Below are positions 40,000 to 47,637 of a stretch of 64,000 bases of DNA, in pieces (the stretch's first letter is position 1; every line of letters begins with the position of its first letter). Source of the DNA: Mycobacteriales bacterium (GTDB lineage: Bacteria; Actinomycetota; Actinomycetes; JAFAQI01); the NCBI GenBank assembly GCA_035504215.1, contig DATJSI010000085.1:5984-69983 (forward strand), in the 5' to 3' direction. Below the pieces are notes generated by a model. The model was not told the origin of the DNA, made no database searches, and worked only from the letters and a program-made list of their open reading frames with translations. A program made the position numbers and the translations under genes.

Positions 40000-40925
40000 C
40001 CCGATCACAGGTGGTGCTGCGGGTCAGCGGCCTGTCCGTACGCCGCCAGGGCGCCGAAGTCGTGCGCAACGTGAGCCTGGACATCGGTGCCGGCGAGGTC
40101 GTCGCGGTGCTGGGGCCGAACGGAGCGGGAAAGAGCACGCTGCTCGCGGCGATCGCCGGAGTGCTCGCACCGGCGGCCGGCGACGTGCAGCGCAACGGCC
40201 GGATCGCGACCGCGATGCAGTCCCCGGACCTCGCCCGCCGCTCCGCGCTGGCCAACGTCGAGCTGGCCCTTGCGTGGTGGGGCGTCCCGCGGCGTGAGCG
40301 GAGGAGCCGCGCTCACGCGGCGCTGGACGCGATGCAGGCAACGCACCTGGCCGATCGGGCGGCCGCCGCGATGTCAGGTGGCGAGCGGCGGCGGGTGCAC
40401 ATCGCGCGCGCGCTCGCACTGCGCCCCGATCTGCTCGTTCTCGACGAGCCGTTCGCGGGGCTCGACTCGCTGAGCCGCGGCGCGCTGCTCGACGACACCG
40501 CCTCCGTGCTTCGCGACCCGGACCGCGCCGCTCTGATCGTCGTGCACGACCGGTCCGAGGCATGGGCGCTCGCCGACCGGCTCGTCGTCCTGCTCGACGG
40601 CAGAGTCGCCGCGATGGGCCGCCCGAAGGAGGTGCTCGACGCGCCGCCAACGGCGCCGGTGGCTCGCTTTCTCGGCTTCAGCGGCCGGATCCGCCAGGGG
40701 GACGGCTGGCTGCTCACGCGGCCCAGCCACGTGTCCGTCCAACCGGACGGGCCGTTCGCTGCCGTCGTACGCCGCCAGGTGCCGGTCGAGGACGGCGTTC
40801 GGCTCGCGCTCGACGTCGAGGGGGGTGAGCTCTGGACGGTCGTCGCAGAACCCGGTCCGGGTGTGGGTGCCTCCGTGCGCGTGTGCGTCAACGGGGGAGT
40901 ACGTTTCCCCGCCGACGGCGAATAG
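39996..40925 (+). CDS. ABC transporter ATP-binding protein, TupC-like, with C-terminal TOBE-like domain
   Basis: ATG 39996 (ATGA overlap with the permease stop). Walker A GPNGAGKST, signature MSGGERRRVHIARAL, Walker B LLVLDEPFAGLD. ~90-aa C-terminal beta domain. Confidence 0.85.
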   Translation: MTRSQVVLRVSGLSVRRQGAEVVRNVSLDIGAGEVVAVLGPNGAGKSTLLAAIAGVLAPAAGDVQRNGRIATAMQSPDLARRSALANVELALAWWGVPRRERRSRAHAALDAMQATHLADRAAAAMSGGERRRVHIARALALRPDLLVLDEPFAGLDSLSRGALLDDTASVLRDPDRAALIVVHDRSEAWALADRLVVLLDGRVAAMGRPKEVLDAPPTAPVARFLGFSGRIRQGDGWLLTRPSHVSVQPDGPFAAVVRRQVPVEDGVRLALDVEGGELWTVVAEPGPGVGASVRVCVNGGVRFPADGE

Positions 40926-40935
40926 GGTTGGGGAC

Positions 40936-41310
40936 GTGCCCGAGCTGCTGCGCATCGGCGAGGTTTCCAAGGCGCTCGGCGTGAGCATCGACACGTTGCG
41001 CCGGTGGGAGGCGGACGGGCGGGTCAAGTTCGTGCGCCGGGGCAACCAGCGCATGCTGCCGGCCAACCAGCTCGGCAAGCTGCTGCGCTCGCAGGCGGGG
41101 GCGACCAATCGCTCGAGCGCGCGCAACCGGATGAGCGGCATCGTCGTGTCGGTCGACCGCGACGGTGTCATGGCGAAGGTCGAGATGGCGTGCGGCGACT
41201 ACCGCATCGTGTCACTGATGAGCCGGGAGGCGGCCGACGACCTCAAGCTCGAGCCCGGCGTGTTCGCAACCGCTGTCGTCAAGGCCACGAACGTCATCGT
41301 CGATCGCTGA
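40936..41310 (+). CDS. MerR/excisionase-type HTH + TOBE (molybdate/tungstate-sensing) transcriptional regulator
   Basis: GTG 40936 within track ORF 40825..41310. HTH LLRIGEVSKALGVSIDTLRRWEADGRV. TOBE SARNRMSGIVVSVDRDGVMAKVEMACGDYRIVSLMSREAADDLKLEPGVFATAVVKATNVIV. Confidence 0.75.
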   Translation: MPELLRIGEVSKALGVSIDTLRRWEADGRVKFVRRGNQRMLPANQLGKLLRSQAGATNRSSARNRMSGIVVSVDRDGVMAKVEMACGDYRIVSLMSREAADDLKLEPGVFATAVVKATNVIVDR

Positions 41311-41853
41311 CTCGCCGGTCTTCTCGGCAACGGGTGCGGGTCGGTGGGTGACTCGCATGACGAGCACCAGCGCCCCTGAGAGCAACACCAGATCGCCCAC
41401 GCTCAACATGTTCTGGAACGGCAGCCACGACGGCGTGACCATGATGTCGCCGAGCCACGCCAGATGCGGATGGGCAACGACGCCGGAGTTCTGGAAGCCG
41501 ACCCGCGGATGGATGCCCGCTGCGTGCAGTGCCCCTGCCGACGCCGGCAGGGTGCCGTCGTTGACCGTGATCGCGAGCGCGTTGGCGCCGGCTCCCAGTG
41601 CGATCAGCAGCATCCCCGGCAGCCGGCGGTTCGCCCAGACGACGGCAGCGAGCATTCCGTACGACGCGATGTGCGCACCCACCGCGATGCCGTGCGGCAT
41701 CCCGGGCCAGATCGTGATGATGAGGACCTGGACGGCGAGGGCGACCAGCGCCAGCGGAACCCATCGAAGCCGGATCTCGGCCAGCCGGCGCAGGTTGCCG
41801 CCGGTCAGCGGGACCATGACGACGATCAGAAGCGCGCAGAAGCCGAGAAACAT
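41212..41853 (-). CDS. DUF5317-like polytopic membrane protein
   Basis: MFLGFCALLIVVMVPLTGGNLRRLAEIRLRWVPLALVALAVQVLIITIWP...; several TM helices. Its hydrophilic tail overlaps the convergent TOBE-regulator gene by 99 nt, so the true stop context is uncertain. Confidence 0.6.
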   Translation of the reverse strand: MFLGFCALLIVVMVPLTGGNLRRLAEIRLRWVPLALVALAVQVLIITIWPGMPHGIAVGAHIASYGMLAAVVWANRRLPGMLLIALGAGANALAITVNDGTLPASAGALHAAGIHPRVGFQNSGVVAHPHLAWLGDIMVTPSWLPFQNMLSVGDLVLLSGALVLVMRVTHRPAPVAEKTGESAIDDDVRGLDDSGCEHAGLELEVVGRLPAHQ

Positions 41854-41860
41854 CGCTCGC

Positions 41861-43894
41861 TCACAACACCTGGAGCTTCGGCCGGGTGGAGACCACGGTG
41901 GTCTCGTCGCGCTGGTTGAGCCAGGCGTTGAAGGCCTCCGCCGTCAATGGCCGGGCCAACCGGTATCCCTGGATCGAATCGCAGTCGATCGATGCGAGCA
42001 ACGCCCACGCGGCGTCCGACTCGACGCCTTCGGCCGTGACCTCGAGTCCGAAGCGGTGACCGAGGTCGACGATCGCGCGGACCAGGATCTCGTCCTTCGG
42101 GTCCTCGCCGAGGTCGGCCACGAAGGACCGGTCGATCTTGATCTCGTCGACCGGCAGGCTCTTCAGGTAGGCCATCGACGAGTAGCCGGTTCCGAAGTCG
42201 TCGATCGCGATCCGGCATCCGAGCCGGCGCAGGTTGGCCATCTGTCGAAGGTTCTGCTCGCGCTCGCTTACCATGTCGGACTCGGTGAGCTCGAGCGTCA
42301 GCCAGGACGGGTCGACGCCGCTGCGCTGCAGCGCGCTGTGCACCCGCTCGACGAAACGGACGTCGTGCATCGTGCGCGGCGAGACGTTCATCGACAGGCC
42401 GATCTCGCGGCCGGCCCGATGCCAGGCGGAGAGATGGGCAAGAGACTGCTCGAGCAGGGCGTAGGTGAGCGTGTCGAGCATGCCGGCGCCTTCGGCGATG
42501 TCGATGAACTCGTCCGGTGACAGCACGCCCGCGTGCGTATGCCGCCAACGGGCGAGGGCCTCGACGCCGACGACCTGCCCGGTGATCGCGTGACACATCG
42601 GCTGGTAGAGCGGGAAGACCTCGCCGGACTCGATGCCGCGGTGCAGGTCCGCGACGAGCGACAGGCGTTCGACCGAGTGATCGTCCCGTGAGCCGTCGTA
42701 GATCATGATGCTGCCGCGGGCGGACTTCGCGTCGTACAACGCGACGTCGGCACGTTTGAGCAGCAGGTCCTCGTCCGCACCGTCGCGCGGAGCCAGCGCG
42801 ATGCCGACGCTGCACTGCGCCGAGAGATCCGCGCCGGCGAGCGGGAAGGTCTGGTCGAACGCGTCCCGCAACCGCGCCGCGACGTCGATCGCGGCCGCCT
42901 CGCTGTCGACGTGGTAGGCGAGGATGGCGAACTCGTCGCCGCCGAGCCGGGCGATGAAGTCGCCCGCGCGCAGGGCGCCACGCAGCCGGCTCGAGACCTC
43001 GACCAGCAGCCGGTCACCCGCGTAGTGGCCCAGCGTGTCGTTGATCTCCTTGAAGTGGTCGAGGTCGACCAGCATGACCGCAACCGGCACCTGGGCGAGG
43101 TGCTCGCAGGCCTGCTTCAGCCGCATCAGCAACGAGGTGCGGTTCGGCAGCTCGGTCAGCGCGTCGTGCAGCGCCTCGTGCTCGCGCTCGGAGGCCAACC
43201 GCGCACTGCGGTGAACGGCGACCAGCGGCACCATCAGCAACGGCAGAGCGGCGACCGACCATGCGAGTGACTGTGCGACAACCGGTGCCAGTGCAAGCAG
43301 GACACCGTCGGTCGGGATGTGCGACCGGAAGTCGGCGAGGACGAGCCGGCGGATCGGCATGCGGGTCGCAAGCGCGACCGCGATGCCGGTCAGGCCGTTG
43401 TTCAGAACGAAGAAGGCCGCACAGCTCAGCAGGGCGGCCGGAAGCTGGGTGGGTGCGAAAGGCGTCGGATGGCCGAACGCCGACTGGCCGACCATCGCGG
43501 TGAAGACGGTGCGGGTCGCCAGCAGCGCGAGGGTGTACTGCGCGACGTTGAACACCAAGCGGTCCCATGCGCGGCGCTTGCGGGCCTCGTCGACGAACAG
43601 CGCCAGGGCCTGGGCCGCGCAGGCGACACCTGGATCGGTGAGGAACAACAGCGCTACGGCGATGGTGCTTGAAATCGACAGCTCGTCACCGGCGTCGGCG
43701 CCGCGGGAGACGGGGATCGGGCGCAGCTCACCGATCACGAGGAACGCACAGGCAACGACCAGAGCGGGGAGCCGGCTGCCGAGATTGGTCCACGGGACTC
43801 GTGCGCACGACACGGCCAGCAGTGGGATGCCCAGTAGAGAGACCGCGGCCATGTAGGCGCGAAGCCATGATCGCTGGGGTGGTGTCACCGTCAT
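41861..43894 (-). CDS. membrane-anchored GGDEF + EAL (diguanylate cyclase/phosphodiesterase) protein
   Basis: ATG 43894 within track ORF 41861..43993. Polytopic N-terminus. GGDEF motif RLGGDEFAILAY. EAL domain (VGVEALARW...DDFGTGYSSMAYLKSLPVDEIKIDRSFV). Confidence 0.85.
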   Translation of the reverse strand: MTVTPPQRSWLRAYMAAVSLLGIPLLAVSCARVPWTNLGSRLPALVVACAFLVIGELRPIPVSRGADAGDELSISSTIAVALLFLTDPGVACAAQALALFVDEARKRRAWDRLVFNVAQYTLALLATRTVFTAMVGQSAFGHPTPFAPTQLPAALLSCAAFFVLNNGLTGIAVALATRMPIRRLVLADFRSHIPTDGVLLALAPVVAQSLAWSVAALPLLMVPLVAVHRSARLASEREHEALHDALTELPNRTSLLMRLKQACEHLAQVPVAVMLVDLDHFKEINDTLGHYAGDRLLVEVSSRLRGALRAGDFIARLGGDEFAILAYHVDSEAAAIDVAARLRDAFDQTFPLAGADLSAQCSVGIALAPRDGADEDLLLKRADVALYDAKSARGSIMIYDGSRDDHSVERLSLVADLHRGIESGEVFPLYQPMCHAITGQVVGVEALARWRHTHAGVLSPDEFIDIAEGAGMLDTLTYALLEQSLAHLSAWHRAGREIGLSMNVSPRTMHDVRFVERVHSALQRSGVDPSWLTLELTESDMVSEREQNLRQMANLRRLGCRIAIDDFGTGYSSMAYLKSLPVDEIKIDRSFVADLGEDPKDEILVRAIVDLGHRFGLEVTAEGVESDAAWALLASIDCDSIQGYRLARPLTAEAFNAWLNQRDETTVVSTRPKLQVL

Positions 43895-44083
43895 TCCTGC
43901 CCGTGAGAGTGATGGAGTCAGGTGTCCGCGTGGGCGACGGACGACCCGACAGTGCTGTCTAGAACTTGTGGCCGGCCGGGATGGCCGAACCACGAGAACC
44001 GACGCTGTCGGTTCCCTTGGATGTGGTTACCGTGTCCACGGCTAACCCCCTTCTCGTGGTCTGAGTGATGAGGAAGCCGCCGG

Positions 44084-44161
44084 TCAGAACTTCCAGCCGG
44101 CACCGCCCACTGTCACAACCGTCACGACAGCGGTAGCAGCGATGGCCAGCCGGGTGAGCAT
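44084..44161 (-). CDS. possible 25-aa hydrophobic micro-protein
   Basis: My own minus-strand translation: ATG(44161) MLTRLAIAATAVVTVVTVGGAGWKF TGA(44084-44086). It is too short for the ORF track. A purine-rich GGAGAGGGGG lies ~20 nt upstream, which is far for an SD. There is no homology evidence. Confidence 0.2.
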   Translation of the reverse strand: MLTRLAIAATAVVTVVTVGGAGWKF

Positions 44162-44406
44162 GCTACGCACAGATAAAGCACCCCCTCTCCCCGCGCGAGA
44201 TTGGTTTATCAAGAATCGCAACGGTTACTTACGAACGCACTCGCCCATCCGGCGCATTCGGCGGGGCCAATGGCGCAACCGGGGACTCGCCTAGCACATC
44301 CCGCTTCGATACGGCTCGGCCATGACGGTGAAACCCGCGACCGTGACCCACCCGCGAATCCGGCGATCACTCAGGCGAAGGCTGCGGTCGTCCGTGCTGG
44401 TCCTTC

Positions 44407-44616
44407 TCAGTCGACGCCGAGCAAAACCTCGGTCGACTTGATGATTGCGGTGACCCGGCCGCCGGGCGCGAGCGCGAGCTCCTCAACCGCCTGCTTGGTC
44501 ACGGAGGCGGTCACCTGCTGGCCACCATCGAGGTCGACCGTGACGATCGTCATCACGGCACCGACGTCGATCGACGACACCGTGCCGGTGAGCTGGTTGC
44601 GAGCGGACAGGCGCAT
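44407..44616 (-). CDS. mop: molybdopterin/molybdate-binding Mop (single TOBE domain) protein
   Basis: 69 aa: MRLSARNQLTGTVSSIDVGAVMTIVTVDLDGGQQVTASVTKQAVEELALAPGGRVTAIIKSTEVLLGV, a canonical Mop/TOBE sequence. Confidence 0.85.
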   Translation of the reverse strand: MRLSARNQLTGTVSSIDVGAVMTIVTVDLDGGQQVTASVTKQAVEELALAPGGRVTAIIKSTEVLLGVD

Positions 44617-44706
44617 GGCTGCCTCCGGTTGCGGGCGATGCGCCCGAGCGTAGACGGCCGCGTCTGACCTGCGCGGAGGACGCCCGGCGGGCGTTCGGAC
44701 CTACGG

Positions 44707-44731
44707 CCCTATCGGGTTGGTGCCGATAGGG
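44707..44731. promoter_or_regulatory. 9-bp perfect palindrome with 7-nt spacer (operator or SD-occluding hairpin)
   Basis: CCCTATCGG-gttggtg-CCGATAGGG at 44707-44731, in the mop/CHASE-GGDEF-EAL divergent region. The right arm overlaps the GGGAAG purine tract 6 nt before ATG 44737. Confidence 0.4.
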
Positions 44732-44736
44732 AAGAA

Positions 44737-47637
44737 ATGCCCGACTTGGGCGGTCGATCGAGCGGGATGGAGGTCACCGTTCCGGTGAGGCGCGGGGCAA
44801 CGCCGTCATCGCCCGCCGGCCGCAGCCACGATTTCGGGCTCGCCCCGCGGCTGGCGGGGCTCTTCCGCGCCCTGACCTGGGTGCTGCTCGTCGTCGGCGT
44901 CGCCGGCTCGGCGCTCGCGGCATCGGCCTGGCGCTCCAACGCGGATCACGACGCCCGGCACGCCTTCGACGTACGGTCCGCGGACGTTGCCGCCTCGGTG
45001 TCCTCATCGCTCGCGCGTCTCGACGACCTCACCGCCACCATGCGCGCCGCGATCTCGACCGACCCGACGATGACCACCAGCGAGTGGGCGCGGTGGTCGA
45101 GGGATCTGAGCGTCACGCACCGCTACCCGGGATCGCTCGGCCTGGCGTACGCGGAGGTAGTGCCGGCCGGCCGGCTGGCGGCCTACGAGCGAACCGTGCA
45201 GTCGGACCCGCCGGCGGGCGCCGGAGCGGTCAAGCGGTTCGTCATCACGCCGCCGGGAACCCGGGCCAGCTACTGCTTCATCCGCCTGCGCAGCGGCAAG
45301 AGCCTGCTGAGCGAGCTCCCTCCCGGCCTGGACCTCTGCGCGATCGGCGGCAGCTCGATCTTCACGAAGCCGCGGGACACCGGGCAGTTCCAGGTCACGC
45401 CGGTCGAGGTCGGCCCGGGTGACTCGGTGGCGGCGATCTTCGCTCCGGTCTATCGCAGCGGGACCGTCCCTCCGACGGTGCCGCTGCGGCGCGCCGAGTT
45501 CTCCGGCGTGGTCGGCGGGCTGTTCGACGTCCACGCCCTGCTGGCATCCGCCGTCGGGCGTTATGCCGGGTTGAGCGCGACCTTGTCCCGCCGCGACGTC
45601 GGTGTGCCGACGACCGCGGGCGCGGCAATGCCCGGACTGTCGAAGACGCTCGGGCGCACGAAAGGCGCGACGGTCGGATCGGTAGGAACGAAACCCCGCA
45701 CCGCGGTTGTGTCGCGCAACGTGACCTTTGACTCCGACGGGTTCTGGACGATTCAGGTGTTGGGATCCGACGCGTCCGCCCTGCGCGCCGCGGACCGGCA
45801 GGCGCTGTTCGGCTTGGTGATCGGCATCCTGTTCACGCTGATGGCTTTCGCTCTCGCCCGCCTGCTCGTCCGTGGCCGCCAGCGCGCCCTCGACCTGGTC
45901 GCGACCCGGACCGCTGACCTGAGCACCTCCGAGAGCCGGTTCCGCTCGCTCGCGGCGGCGTCGTACATGGGGATTCTCGAGACCGACGGCGATGGCCGGT
46001 TCCGCTACGCCAACCGGCGCCTGGAGCGCATCCTCGGCCGCAGCGCAGAGGACATGACGGACCTCGGCTGGCTCTCGGCGTTCGCACCTGGCGATCGGGA
46101 GCGGTTGCTCGCTGAGCTCACCGGAGCGGTCGAGGGCCCCACCGGCGGCGTCGATGCACGGCTCGGCGACGACGACGGCTCCCGGTGGGTGCGGGTCACC
46201 ACCGCTCAGATGGTGAAGGACGGCGTGCTCACCGGCTTCGTGTCGTCGGTGGAGGACGTGACCGAGGAGGTCGTCGCCACCGAGCGGCTCAAGGCGGCGG
46301 CGAAGCACGATTCCCTCACCGGGTTGCCGAACCGCGCCTACTTCCTCGAGCTGCTGGCCGACGGCCTTGCGGACATCAGGGCGCACGGCGGACAGTTCGC
46401 CGTACTGTTCATCGACCTCGACCGGTTCAAGCAGGTCAATGACACCCACGGCCATGCCGTCGGTGACGAGCTGCTCGTGGCGACCGCGGAACGGATCGCG
46501 CACGCGCTGCGCCCCGGAGACCGCGTGGCGCGGCTCGGCGGCGACGAGTTCGCCGTACTGATGAGGCAGGTCGACGAAGCCGGTGCGGTGGCGGTCGTGG
46601 ACCGGCTGCAGGCCGCGGTGGCCCGGCCCTTCAGCTTCGGTACGGCGGACGCGATCATCGGCGCGAGCGTCGGCATGGTGCTGGTCGACGACCCGAGCGG
46701 TGACCCTGCGTCGATCCTGCAGGACGCCGACATGGCGATGTACCGCGCGAAGGAGGGGCTGTCCCGGTTCGAGATCTTCGACGTGTCGTTGCGTGCCAGC
46801 GTCCTCGAGCGGTTCGAGACCGAGCAGGCGTTGCGGGTCGCCCTCGACCGCGACGAGCTCGTGCTCTGCTACCAGCCGGTGGTCCGCCTTGCCGACCGGG
46901 ATGTCGTCGGGGGAGAGGCGCTACTGCGCTGGAGGCACCCGACCCGCGGACTGCTCTATCCGGGGCGGTTCCTTCCGCTTGCCGAGACGACCGGTCTGGT
47001 CGTCCCGATCGGGGACTGGACGATGCGTACGGCGATGGCCGCCGCAGCCGATTGGCCCGCCGAGCGGGCGATGGCGGTGTCGATCAACTTCTCGGCGCAG
47101 CAGCTGACGTCGTCCAACTTGTTGCCCACCGTCGAGGACCTCCTGATGCGGCACTCGATCGAGCCCAGCCGGCTGTGTGTGGAAGTGCTCGAAACCCATC
47201 TGCTCGACAACGACAACATCAGCGTGCTCGCGGAGATGAAGCGACTCGGCGTACGAATCGCGATCGACGACTTCGGCAGCGGCTACAGCAGCCTGCTCTA
47301 CCTCAAGCGGATGGCGGCGGACGTCATCAAGATCGACCGTGCCCTCGTCACTGACCTGGTCGACGGCGCGGATGACCGCGTGATCGTTGCAAAGGTGATC
47401 GAGCTCGCGCACGAGCTCGGCATGAGCGTCGTCGCGGAGGGCGTCGAGAGTGCGGCGCAGGCGGACATCCTGTGCGAGCTCGGGTGCGACTACGCGCAGG
47501 GGTTCGCCTGGTCGCCGGCGCTGCGCTCGGAGGACTTCACCCGGTACATCGCCTCGTCCGCGGCTCGCAGCACCGCGAGCCCGCTCGGGGTGGACGCCGT
47601 GATCGCCTCGAGCCCGGTGCTGACACCGAGTGAGTAG
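44737..47637 (+). CDS. CHASE-like sensor / PAS / GGDEF / EAL multidomain c-di-GMP protein
   Basis: 966 aa. TM, extracytoplasmic domain, second TM (LFGLVIGILFTLMAFALARLLV), PAS (…FRSLAAASYMGILETDGDGRFRYANRRLERILG…), GGDEF (RLGGDEFAVLM) and EAL (GGEALLRW…DDFGSGYSSLLYLKRMAADVIKIDRALV). The start is uncertain. Confidence 0.85.
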   Translation: MPDLGGRSSGMEVTVPVRRGATPSSPAGRSHDFGLAPRLAGLFRALTWVLLVVGVAGSALAASAWRSNADHDARHAFDVRSADVAASVSSSLARLDDLTATMRAAISTDPTMTTSEWARWSRDLSVTHRYPGSLGLAYAEVVPAGRLAAYERTVQSDPPAGAGAVKRFVITPPGTRASYCFIRLRSGKSLLSELPPGLDLCAIGGSSIFTKPRDTGQFQVTPVEVGPGDSVAAIFAPVYRSGTVPPTVPLRRAEFSGVVGGLFDVHALLASAVGRYAGLSATLSRRDVGVPTTAGAAMPGLSKTLGRTKGATVGSVGTKPRTAVVSRNVTFDSDGFWTIQVLGSDASALRAADRQALFGLVIGILFTLMAFALARLLVRGRQRALDLVATRTADLSTSESRFRSLAAASYMGILETDGDGRFRYANRRLERILGRSAEDMTDLGWLSAFAPGDRERLLAELTGAVEGPTGGVDARLGDDDGSRWVRVTTAQMVKDGVLTGFVSSVEDVTEEVVATERLKAAAKHDSLTGLPNRAYFLELLADGLADIRAHGGQFAVLFIDLDRFKQVNDTHGHAVGDELLVATAERIAHALRPGDRVARLGGDEFAVLMRQVDEAGAVAVVDRLQAAVARPFSFGTADAIIGASVGMVLVDDPSGDPASILQDADMAMYRAKEGLSRFEIFDVSLRASVLERFETEQALRVALDRDELVLCYQPVVRLADRDVVGGEALLRWRHPTRGLLYPGRFLPLAETTGLVVPIGDWTMRTAMAAAADWPAERAMAVSINFSAQQLTSSNLLPTVEDLLMRHSIEPSRLCVEVLETHLLDNDNISVLAEMKRLGVRIAIDDFGSGYSSLLYLKRMAADVIKIDRALVTDLVDGADDRVIVAKVIELAHELGMSVVAEGVESAAQADILCELGCDYAQGFAWSPALRSEDFTRYIASSAARSTASPLGVDAVIASSPVLTPSE

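Noticed and set aside
44230-44340. Possible Moco (molybdenum cofactor) riboswitch downstream of mop, because the minus strand contains CCGAGCC in a Mo-related neighbourhood.
   Set aside because: Only one short consensus-like string is visible. I could not identify the other conserved elements or a convincing fold by eye. An Infernal/Rfam scan is needed, and without one I do not call it.
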